A DNA stretch of 47,145 bases from Clostridia bacterium. Lineage in GTDB: Bacteria; Bacillota; Clostridia; Oscillospirales; CAG-272. The notes beneath the pieces are model-generated. The model searched no databases. It was not told the origin of the DNA and was given only the letters and a program-made list of their open reading frames with translations. The translations under genes were made by a program, and so were the position numbers. Positions 9,408 to 17,019 of the stretch are shown piece after piece; position 1 is the first letter of the stretch; each line of letters starts with the position of its first letter. Location: contig JAFTXK010000001.1 in assembly GCA_017461635.1 (NCBI GenBank), positions 1 through 47,145 of the forward strand, given 5' to 3'.

Positions 9408-10277
9408 TCAATTTCCTTTGCTGATCGCGCTCAGGAGCGTTGAAAGTCCAACGTTTCTGTCCTCTTCCTCAAAGGTCTCTATCACGTCCTCGTCACTCAG
9501 CTTTATATACTGTCTTGTAACAAGGTCCTTCTTGACCATGCCCAGCTTATTTACCGCTATATCCTCGATCGTTCGCAGGTCATTTTTGACCTCGAGTGCT
9601 ATCAGGAGCTCGTCCTCCTGCTTCGCCATAAGCGAAACATCATCCTGAATATCGGCATAATCGCCCGAAGCATCGCTTACCAGCACAGAACTGCTTACGA
9701 TAAGCATAAGAGATACTGCACAAAGCATTACCATGAAGAGCATACCGGCAGGGATACGGCGGAAGCTTAGAACCACCGAATTCCACCAAGCGTCAACATC
9801 TTCTCTTACCGCTTCGTTTTTAACAGCTCTGCGCTTCTGCTCCGCTGAAACGGCAGTATTATTCTTCTTAAGCACAGGAGCCTTGACTGTAGCTTTCTTT
9901 TGTTCATTTGGGAGAACAGCACCGCTGCTTCTGTTCACGGTCGGCTTTTGAGACTGAATGGAAGCTCTCGCATTGCTCTGAGTATTTCTCATAGAAGACG
10001 CATGCTGAGTATTTCTCTGCATCTGCGCATACTGAGCAGCGCTTTTTACAGCCGAGCTACCGGAAGGCGCAAAGGAATTGCGTCTTCTGTAATTATTCGC
10101 GAATTCATCAAGGGTAAGAGGAGCGGAATTCGCGCCTCTCATACCGTACATTCCCTCCGAGCCATAACTGTCGGCTGAAGTTCTCGCCTGCTTGGCAAGT
10201 CCACGACCCGCAAATTTTCGGTTAAGATTATAGAACGCCTGATCCTGGTTGTTATTTTGCATGCCGTGATTGTACAT
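9408..10277 (-). CDS. ftsL: FtsL-like cell division protein with long low-complexity cytoplasmic N-terminal region
   Basis: 289 aa; single TM (IPAGMLFMVMLCAVSLMLIVSS) followed by a coiled segment ending ...RTIEDIAVNKLGMVKKDLVTRQYIKL, typical of FtsL. Directly downstream of rsmH. RBS GGAGGAA. Confidence 0.7.
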   Translation of the reverse strand: MYNHGMQNNNQDQAFYNLNRKFAGRGLAKQARTSADSYGSEGMYGMRGANSAPLTLDEFANNYRRRNSFAPSGSSAVKSAAQYAQMQRNTQHASSMRNTQSNARASIQSQKPTVNRSSGAVLPNEQKKATVKAPVLKKNNTAVSAEQKRRAVKNEAVREDVDAWWNSVVLSFRRIPAGMLFMVMLCAVSLMLIVSSSVLVSDASGDYADIQDDVSLMAKQEDELLIALEVKNDLRTIEDIAVNKLGMVKKDLVTRQYIKLSDEDVIETFEEEDRNVGLSTLLSAISKGN

Positions 10278-10298
10278 GGTTTGATTCCTCCGTAATTT

Positions 10299-11246
10299 TT
10301 ATATTTTTTCCGCCACTCTCAGCTTCGCACTTCTGGAGCGAGGATTTTCCTCAAGCTCCGTCTCCGAGGGGAGCACGGGCTTTCGGGTAATAATTTTAAC
10401 CTTAGGTTTATTTCCGCATACGCATACGGGAAAGCTTCTCGGGCATGTACAGCCCTGAGCAAGAGAAGCATATGACTGCTTCACTATTCTGTCTTCAAGA
10501 GAATGGAAGGTGATTATCGCTATCCTGCCGCCCTCGCTAAGGAGATTTACCGCACTTTTTATCGCAGGTGTTATGGCATCAAGCTCTCCATTGACCTCGA
10601 TCCTTATTGCCTGGAAGGTTCTTTTTGCAGGATGATGACCGCCTTGCTTTGCCGCTGCGGGCATTGCCCTCTTTATGATATCGACCAGTTCACCCGTGCT
10701 TTCAATGGGCTTTGCAGATCTTGCTCTGACTATCTCTGCGGCTATCTTTCCTCCGAATTTCTCTTCGCCGTAGCCGTAAATGATCTCTCTCAGCTTTTCT
10801 TCAGAATAGGTATTGACGACCACCGAGGCGTCAAGAGGATTGCGGTTATCCATTCTCATATCAAGCGGAGAATCCGCATTATAGGAAAAACCGCGTTCGG
10901 GTGTATCCAGCTGATAAGAGGAAACTCCGAGATCCATCAAGATCCCATCTATCTTTTTTATGCCGAGCTCGGCGCAAACCTCGCCGACTTCGGAAAAATT
11001 ACTTCTGACAAGTGTAACCTTATCGCCGAAAGGTGCAAGTCTGCGTCCTGCGGCTTCAATTGCGGCGGCATCGCGGTCGATAGCTATAAGCCTTCCGCCG
11101 TCTCCGAGAGCGGATGCTATATGGAAGGAATGTCCTCCGCCGCCTGCAGTTCCGTCCACATAAATTCCGTTTGGCTTTATAGAGAGCCCTTCTATGCACT
11201 CATCAAGCAACACCGAGCGGTGATTGAAAACTATTTCTTTTTCCAT
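10299..11246 (-). CDS. rsmH: 16S rRNA (cytosine1402-N4)-methyltransferase RsmH
   Basis: HRSVLLDECIEGL, DGTAGGGGHS, FHSLEDR motifs. ATG at 11246 preferred; an in-frame TTG at 11255 is possible. Confidence 0.92.
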   Translation of the reverse strand: MEKEIVFNHRSVLLDECIEGLSIKPNGIYVDGTAGGGGHSFHIASALGDGGRLIAIDRDAAAIEAAGRRLAPFGDKVTLVRSNFSEVGEVCAELGIKKIDGILMDLGVSSYQLDTPERGFSYNADSPLDMRMDNRNPLDASVVVNTYSEEKLREIIYGYGEEKFGGKIAAEIVRARSAKPIESTGELVDIIKRAMPAAAKQGGHHPAKRTFQAIRIEVNGELDAITPAIKSAVNLLSEGGRIAIITFHSLEDRIVKQSYASLAQGCTCPRSFPVCVCGNKPKVKIITRKPVLPSETELEENPRSRSAKLRVAEKI

Positions 11247-11251
11247 TCGGA

Positions 11252-11683
11252 TCAAACTCCGTATTCTTCGAGAATATCTTCCATATCATCCGGATTTTCA
11301 TCTGCGATCTTAGATGCGTAATTTGCTTCGTTCCAGATTTCAGCCATATCGCCACATCCTACTATAACAGCAGTTCCCTTCTCGAGCTCGGCATGCTCGC
11401 AGAGAGCCGAGGTGAGCATTACTCTTCCCTGAGAATCATATCCGGTTTCGAGAGAGTTTCGGTAAATATAACGCTTGATATCTCGGCTCTTAGTTGAAGG
11501 AATAGTCGAGAATATCTTTTCCTGATATTTTTCCCATTCGGGAATGGAATATACAAGGAGGCATTTATTCTTGCGGTCACGGACGATCATGACCTTCTCG
11601 CCAAACATTTCTCTATACTTGGCAGGAATAAAAAGTCTGTTTTTTGCATCCAGTGAATGGAAAAACTCACCGCAAAGATTCAT
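11252..11683 (-). CDS. mraZ: transcriptional regulator MraZ
   Basis: MNLCGEFFHSLDAKNRLFIP... plus a second DxxGR-type repeat (YDSQGRVMLTSAL). ATG 11683 preceded by AAAGGAGGTG. ORF track start 11692 is a GTG inside the RBS. Confidence 0.92.
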   Translation of the reverse strand: MNLCGEFFHSLDAKNRLFIPAKYREMFGEKVMIVRDRKNKCLLVYSIPEWEKYQEKIFSTIPSTKSRDIKRYIYRNSLETGYDSQGRVMLTSALCEHAELEKGTAVIVGCGDMAEIWNEANYASKIADENPDDMEDILEEYGV

Positions 11684-11790
11684 GCTTGGCACCTCCTTTT
11701 TAATATAATGATAAAAATACGACTGCTTTTGGGGTAATTTTTTGATGCATTTTTATGTTCTTATTCGACATTTTGCCCCACGTTGCTTTT

Positions 11791-11819
11791 ATTATAATAT
11801 ATAAGGACATAAATTGCAA
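11791..11819 (-). promoter_or_regulatory. candidate sigma-A promoter of the mraZ/dcw operon
   Basis: Minus strand TTGCAA-17 nt-TATAAT (TTGCAA at 11819-11814, TATAAT at 11796-11791), about 100 nt upstream of mraZ. GTGGGG box at 11781-11776 downstream of it. Confidence 0.45.
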
Positions 11820-12175
11820 TAGGTTTTGGAAAATTTATTGAAAAAATTTAAAAGTTTTTTTCGCAAATCTACCAAAAAAGCGACTTTGCTTCCATTTTTT
11901 AGGAAATCTATTTTACTAATTATTGATAATTTTACATATTATGGCATATCTAACAAAATCATACATTGTCGTTTTCAGTCGCTGTTTTCCCGTCATTATC
12001 AGACAGCTTTTTTTATTTTTCCGCAAAGGAACGCAAAAGGAACACAAAAATGTCGAAAAATCACACCTTGATGCAAGAAAAAACACGGTTAAAACCGCAA
12101 TTTATCGAATTAAGGCATTAAAATAACACCAAAATGGCGAATAAAATCAATTCTGCGCAATATTTCTGTTTACAC

Positions 12176-12205
12176 AAAAACGGCTGTCACCAAAGCGACA
12201 GCCGC
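12176..12205 (-). terminator. rho-independent terminator after sigK
   Basis: Minus strand GCGGCTGTCGCTTTGGTGACAGCCG followed by TTTTT. Confidence 0.7.
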
Positions 12206-12241
12206 AGAAATCATTTTGATATTTTTTACTTAATTATGTCA

Positions 12242-12943
12242 TCACTCCCCGAGAGCCTCGCGGAGCTTTTCAAGAGCCCCCTTCTCTATTCGGCTGACAT
12301 AGGAGCGTGATATTCCCAGCCGTTCAGCTACTTCTCTTTGAGGCATCGGTTCCTTTCCCGAAAGACCATACCGCAATATGATTATCTTCCTCTCCCTATC
12401 CGAAAGCAGATTTTCAACATAACGGATAGCTTGCGCCGAACGAAGTGCCCTGTCTACCTCCTCACATATGCTTTCCTCACTGCTGATAACATCGATATAT
12501 GTAAGCGGATTTCCGTCCTTATCAATATCAATAGTCTCATTTATCGACACCTCATTTGCAAGCTTTTTCTGAGATCGGAAAAACATAAGGATCTCGTTTT
12601 GTATGCATTTTGCTCCATATGTAGCAAACCTTGCTCCGTTTCCGGGATCAAAGGAATCCACCGCCTTTACAAGTCCTATCGTTCCCACCGAAACAAGATC
12701 CTCGCTGTTTTTATTCGAGGAATAGTATTTTCTCACAATATGCGAAACAAGTCTGAGATTATGCAATATCAGCTTTTCTCTTGCCTTTTCGTCTCCTTCG
12801 CATTTCAGTTCGAAATACCGTCTTTCCTCATCCTCGGGAAGGGGCGGCGGAAAATTCTGCGGTGTTGCGATACCGAGTATCATGCAAGCCGCCTTAAATG
12901 TTGCGGATAATAAAAATGTCAGCAAAAAATCACCTCTTTTCAT
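12242..12943 (-). CDS. sigK: sporulation sigma factor, SigK-like (pro-sigma with short hydrophobic leader)
   Basis: FPPPLPEDEERRYFELKCEGDEKAREKLILHNLRLVSHIV and GISRSYVSRIEKGAL resemble B. subtilis SigK (FPQPL..., ISRSYVSRIEKRAL) more than SigE. Possible alternative TTG start at 12925 after AGAGGTGA. Confidence 0.7.
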   Translation of the reverse strand: MKRGDFLLTFLLSATFKAACMILGIATPQNFPPPLPEDEERRYFELKCEGDEKAREKLILHNLRLVSHIVRKYYSSNKNSEDLVSVGTIGLVKAVDSFDPGNGARFATYGAKCIQNEILMFFRSQKKLANEVSINETIDIDKDGNPLTYIDVISSEESICEEVDRALRSAQAIRYVENLLSDRERKIIILRYGLSGKEPMPQREVAERLGISRSYVSRIEKGALEKLREALGE

Positions 12944-12983
12944 ATAAAATTCTATGAAAATATATAAAATCTTTGCCTGTACA

Positions 12984-13012
12984 TTGACAGAAACTCAAAA
13001 AAATGTTATTAT
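12984..13012 (+). promoter_or_regulatory. candidate sigma-A promoter of the phosphofructokinase gene
   Basis: TTGACA (12984-12989), 17 nt, TATTAT (13007-13012) with TG at -15/-14. Confidence 0.45.
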
Positions 13013-13062
13013 ATATATGAAAATGAAATTAAATATGCCTTTGGGCAAAGGAAAGGTCAACA

Positions 13063-14301
13063 ATGAATAAACTAATCGGAAACGCTGTGGTAGGTCAGTC
13101 CGGAGGCCCTACTTCCGCCATCAACGCAACCCTTTCGGGCGTCATCAGAGGTGCTATGGAGCTCCGAGGCGAGGGCGTCATCGAAAAGCTTTACGGAATG
13201 AGAAACGGAATCGAAGGGCTTCTTAAAGAAAAACTTGTGGATCTCTTCGCGGTATTTGAAGATGAAAGCAAGCTTACGACACTTGAGCATACACCCGCGG
13301 CGGCGCTGGGCTCATGCAGAAAAAAACTCCCCGAAGCTGACTCCGGGGATGAGGTCTATGAAAAGCTGATAGATATTTTTAAGAAATACAACATCAGATA
13401 TTTCTTCTATATCGGCGGCAACGACTCTATGGACACCGCTGATAAGCTCGGCAGATACAGCGAGCTTTGCGGATATGAAATGAGGGTTATCGGTGTTCCC
13501 AAGACCATCGACAACGATCTTCCCGCAACAGATCACGCTCCGGGCTTCGGCTCAGCGGCAAAATATATCGCAACAATGACCCAGGAGATCATAAGAGACT
13601 GCGCTGTCTACACCGTAAAGGCAGTCACCATTATCGAAATCATGGGCAGAGATGCAGGCTGGCTGGCAACAGCATCGTCGGCAGGAAGGCATATCTGCGG
13701 CGCAGAGCCCGATCTTATCTATCTTCCGGAAAGAGCTTTTGATATGGATAAATTCTTTGACGACGTAAGAAAAGCACTGGACAAGCATCCGAATGTTGTC
13801 ATAGCTATCTCCGAGGGCATAAGATTTGCGGACGGCTCCTATGTCGGATCCTCCACCCAGAGCGGTGCAACCGATGTTTTCGGACATAAATATCTCGGAG
13901 GAAGCGGAAAAGCCCTTGAAGCCGCCATCAAAAAAGAGATCGGCTGTAAGGTACGCTCCGTAGAGCTTAACCTCTGCCAGAGATGCGCATCTCATCTTGC
14001 ATCTAAGACCGACCTTGAAGAATCGGTTCTCGTCGGCAGAAGCGCAGTCCGCGCAGCAGCCGAGGGCGCAAGCAGAGTTATGATGATAATCAACCGACTT
14101 TCAAATGATCCCTATTCGGTTGAGATAGGCAAGGTCAATGTCCATGATGTTGCAAACCGTGAGCAACCCGTCCCCGATAAATTCATAAATGAAGAAGGAA
14201 ACGGAGTTACAGATGAATGCATCGAATACCTGCTCCCTCTCATCCGCGGTGAAGCCTCACCCGAATATAAGGACGGCCTTCCCGTGCATATTATTATATA
14301 A
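13063..14301 (+). CDS. 6-phosphofructokinase, long (about 410 aa) PfkA-family form, possibly PPi-dependent
   Basis: GQSGGPTSAINA, YIGGNDSMDTA, PKTIDNDL, MGRDAGWLA motifs. Phosphoryl donor cannot be decided from sequence by eye. Confidence 0.85.
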   Translation: MNKLIGNAVVGQSGGPTSAINATLSGVIRGAMELRGEGVIEKLYGMRNGIEGLLKEKLVDLFAVFEDESKLTTLEHTPAAALGSCRKKLPEADSGDEVYEKLIDIFKKYNIRYFFYIGGNDSMDTADKLGRYSELCGYEMRVIGVPKTIDNDLPATDHAPGFGSAAKYIATMTQEIIRDCAVYTVKAVTIIEIMGRDAGWLATASSAGRHICGAEPDLIYLPERAFDMDKFFDDVRKALDKHPNVVIAISEGIRFADGSYVGSSTQSGATDVFGHKYLGGSGKALEAAIKKEIGCKVRSVELNLCQRCASHLASKTDLEESVLVGRSAVRAAAEGASRVMMIINRLSNDPYSVEIGKVNVHDVANREQPVPDKFINEEGNGVTDECIEYLLPLIRGEASPEYKDGLPVHIII

Positions 14302-14332
14302 GAAAACGACCGCAATGCGGTCGTTTTCTTTT
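14302..14332. terminator. bidirectional terminator between convergent pfk and 14331-14732 genes
   Basis: GAAAACGACCGC-AAT-GCGGTCGTTTTC hairpin flanked by A and T runs. Confidence 0.7.
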
Positions 14333-14732
14333 ATAATATTTCTTTTGCAAGCCTTGAAGCGATCTCGGATGAGCCGATGAAGCTGACCGTGGTCTTGCCC
14401 TCAGACTTGATGCATCTTAGAGCCTCTGAAATCTCGTCCTCGCTCTCTGCGGCGTATTCACCTTCAAGCATAAGCTTGGCTTCATCGCCCCGTGCGAAAA
14501 GAATTCCGTTTTCATGAAGAGAATAAAGTGAATCATATGTGTCCGAAACGTCCTCACTGTCGTATTTTGCAAGCTCGTAGCGAAGTGATGTGGGACAAAG
14601 CGGCGGCAGAGGTGCAGTCAGCGCGCCAAGCATTTTATTTGCAAGAGCTGTGAGCTGAATGAAAGCTCCGCTCGCACTGTCAAATGCGATCTTTTTACCC
14701 GAAACCTTAAAAATATGAAGCAAAATTGACAC
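14331..14732 (-). CDS. hypothetical protein; N-terminal ~85 aa resemble the peptide-recognition N-domain of SCIFF-type radical SAM maturases; no radical SAM cysteine motif
   Basis: HIFKVSGKKIAFDSASGAFIQL...YDSEDVSDTYDSLYSLHENGILFA matches my memory of the maturase N-terminus pattern (H-F-x3-G-x-K-I-x-D-x2-SGA..., ...G-L-F). No CxxxCxxC. GTG 14732 has poor RBS spacing; TTG 14723 possible. Confidence 0.35.
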   Translation of the reverse strand: MSILLHIFKVSGKKIAFDSASGAFIQLTALANKMLGALTAPLPPLCPTSLRYELAKYDSEDVSDTYDSLYSLHENGILFARGDEAKLMLEGEYAAESEDEISEALRCIKSEGKTTVSFIGSSEIASRLAKEIL

Positions 14733-14752
14733 TTCCTTTCTTTTTTACAGAT

Positions 14753-15238
14753 CTATTTTTTCTTTCCGAATTTTTCCGCTCTTTTCTTCTTGCTCATCGG
14801 CTTTTTTCTCGGCGAAAATACCGACATGACAGTTCCGGCGGCAGAAGCGCCGAGTGCTCCGAGAAGATAGTATGTGGATCCGTTAAGATCCTCGCCTCTT
14901 CCCGACATTATGAGCTTAAGAAGAAAGATCAGAAGAAAAGCGAGAGCAGTAAATATGATACCGCCAAGCAATTTATTCTGCCCCGATTTTTTCGCCGCGG
15001 CAAAGCCGCCGAAAAAAATGCTGATATAGAGAGCCGCCAGCGAAAGGGGCATTTCAAATGCCGCCGGATCTTCGTTTGAATATGCGATCCCCGTTCCGAT
15101 GAGCAAAAGCACGAGTGCGGATATCGCCATAACAGCAAGTCCGAAAAGAACCGATCTTATCAGCTCCATTATTCCCAAATCGTCCTTTGCCGCAGATGCC
15201 CGCCTCGCATTGGCACCGCTTTGTTTTCTGCTTTCCAT
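14753..15238 (-). CDS. small integral membrane protein (TIGR04086-like), lysine-rich C-terminal tail
   Basis: 161 aa, 4 predicted TM segments. IFFGGFAAAKKSGQNKLLGGIIFTALAFLLIF resembles the TIGR04086 signature as I recall it. Confidence 0.55.
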   Translation of the reverse strand: MESRKQSGANARRASAAKDDLGIMELIRSVLFGLAVMAISALVLLLIGTGIAYSNEDPAAFEMPLSLAALYISIFFGGFAAAKKSGQNKLLGGIIFTALAFLLIFLLKLIMSGRGEDLNGSTYYLLGALGASAAGTVMSVFSPRKKPMSKKKRAEKFGKKK

Positions 15239-15311
15239 AAAAACGCCTCCGAAAATATAATTTTACTAAATTATAATGCTTCGGCGGCGTTTTTTATGAC
15301 TATTTGTTTAC

Positions 15312-15650
15312 TTAGTTCAGCGCATCCTCAGCCTTAACATCAACATTTCTGACTGCGCTCTTAAGAATACGGATCTTTGTTCTGTCATGACCTGTTTCGA
15401 TCATGCAGGTCTCCTCCTTGATGCTGACGATCTTGCCGATAATACCGCCGATGGTGGTGATCTCATCGCCGACCTGAAGTGCATTGCGCATAGCCTGAGT
15501 TTCCTTCTCCTGCTTCTTCTGAGGACGGATCATAAAGAAATAAAGGATAGCGAGCATTGCAACGATCATAATGATCGACATCCACTGCTGAATACCGCCT
15601 CCTGCATTTTCAGCACCTGATGCGGCTGCATCGAGTAATCTTGTAAACAT
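15312..15650 (-). CDS. yajC: preprotein translocase subunit YajC
   Basis: WMSIIMIVAMLAILYFFMIRPQKKQEKE...LQVGDEITTIGGIIGKIV is the YajC signature. ATG 15650 preceded by GGAGGTAC. ORF track start 15722 is an upstream extension. Confidence 0.9.
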   Translation of the reverse strand: MFTRLLDAAASGAENAGGGIQQWMSIIMIVAMLAILYFFMIRPQKKQEKETQAMRNALQVGDEITTIGGIIGKIVSIKEETCMIETGHDRTKIRILKSAVRNVDVKAEDALN

Positions 15651-15746
15651 GTTTTGTACCTCCAATTTCAATATTGCATTTATTTTATCATATTTTTTCC
15701 ATATTTGCAACAGTTTTTGCAAATTATTTTATAAAATAGAAAACTA

Positions 15747-15775
15747 TTGAAATAAAATCATTTTTGTGATACAAT
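15747..15775 (+). promoter_or_regulatory. candidate promoter of rimM-trmD
   Basis: TTGAAA (15747-15752), 17 nt, TACAAT (15770-15775) with TGn extension. Confidence 0.45.
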
Positions 15776-15806
15776 ATAATAAATATACTTTTTAGGAGCG
15801 TTAATT

Positions 15807-16322
15807 ATGGCAAAGTCTCGATATCTGGAATGCGGAAAGATTGTGAACACACATGGCGTTAAGGGAACGGTAAAGGTTGAAAACCGCTGTGATACGCCAA
15901 AGGTGCTGGCATCGCTTAAAAAGATCTTTCTTGAGAGCAACGGGGCTTACAGCGAAAGAAAGGTGCTTCATGCATCCGTCTTCAAGGAATCTGTCATAAT
16001 GGAGCTTGAAGGGGTCTCGGATATGGACGCGGCACTCCTGCTTAAAAACCGTCTGATATATGCCGATCGCGAGGATATTCCTCTTGAAGAGGGTGCATAT
16101 TTCCTCGCCGATCTTGAAGGACTTGACATTATCGATGCTGAAAGCGGAAGGGTCTACGGAAAGCTTCTCGAAGTCTTCAACCGAGGTGCTTCCGATATTT
16201 ATGTGGTTGATACTCCTTCGGGAGAGAGAATGATGCCTGCAGTCAGTGAATTTGTTAAGAAGATCGATATTGAAAAAGGTATATTTGTCAGTCCGATACC
16301 AGGTATGCTTGAAGGAGACTGA
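15807..16322 (+). CDS. rimM: 16S rRNA processing protein RimM
   Basis: ECGKIVNTHGVKGTVKV, and PRC-barrel-like C-terminus ...MPAVSEFVKKIDIEKGIFV. Confidence 0.9.
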   Translation: MAKSRYLECGKIVNTHGVKGTVKVENRCDTPKVLASLKKIFLESNGAYSERKVLHASVFKESVIMELEGVSDMDAALLLKNRLIYADREDIPLEEGAYFLADLEGLDIIDAESGRVYGKLLEVFNRGASDIYVVDTPSGERMMPAVSEFVKKIDIEKGIFVSPIPGMLEGD

Positions 16323-16323
16323 A

Positions 16324-17019
16324 ATGAGATTTGATATAATGACACTTTTCCCCGAGCTCATTTCCTATGTTCTTGGAGAAAGCATAATCGGCAGAGCACA
16401 GAAGAGCGGAGCAATAACAGTTAAGGCTCATAACATCCGCGATTATTCAGAGGACAAGCACCGCAGAGTCGATGACACACCTTATGGCGGCGGAATGGGA
16501 ATGCTGATGGCGGCACCGCCAATCTATAACTGCTATGAGTCAATAACAAAAGAAAATCCGGAAGGCAGCAGAAGAGTTATCTTCATGTCTCCAAAGGGAA
16601 AGCTTTTGGATCAGAAAAAAGCAGCAGAGCTTTCGAAATACGACAATCTGATCATTCTCTGCGGTCATTATGAGGGTGTTGATCAGCGGATAATCGACGA
16701 GATAGTTGACGAAGAGATCTCCATTGGCAATTATGTGCTTACGGGCGGTGAGATCCCGGCTTGCATCCTCGTTGACTGTGTTTCGAGACTTGTTCCGGGC
16801 GTTCTTTCAGCCGACGAATGCTACGAAAGCGAAAGCATTGCCTGCGGAATGCTTGAATATCCGCAGTATACCCGTCCTCTTGAATTTCACGGCGTTAAAG
16901 TTCCCGATATACTTCTTTCGGGGCATCATGCCAATATCGATAAATGGCGCACCGAGCAGGCTCTTGAAATGACCCGCCGCATGCGCCCCGATCTTCTCGG
17001 AGAGGAGGATAGAAATTGA
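16324..17019 (+). CDS. trmD: tRNA (guanine37-N1)-methyltransferase TrmD
   Basis: MRFDIMTLFPEL..., DDTPYGGGMGM, ILLCGHYEGVDQR-like, LTGGEIPA motifs. ATG 16324 is 1 nt after the rimM stop. Confidence 0.93.
   Translation: MRFDIMTLFPELISYVLGESIIGRAQKSGAITVKAHNIRDYSEDKHRRVDDTPYGGGMGMLMAAPPIYNCYESITKENPEGSRRVIFMSPKGKLLDQKKAAELSKYDNLIILCGHYEGVDQRIIDEIVDEEISIGNYVLTGGEIPACILVDCVSRLVPGVLSADECYESESIACGMLEYPQYTRPLEFHGVKVPDILLSGHHANIDKWRTEQALEMTRRMRPDLLGEEDRN

Noticed and set aside
11826-12126. Small ORFs (81 and 67 aa) in the 550-bp AT-rich gap between mraZ and sigK.
   Set aside because: They have no RBS, Lys/Phe-rich composition driven by AT content, and no motifs. The region is better explained as a promoter/leader plus the sigK terminator.
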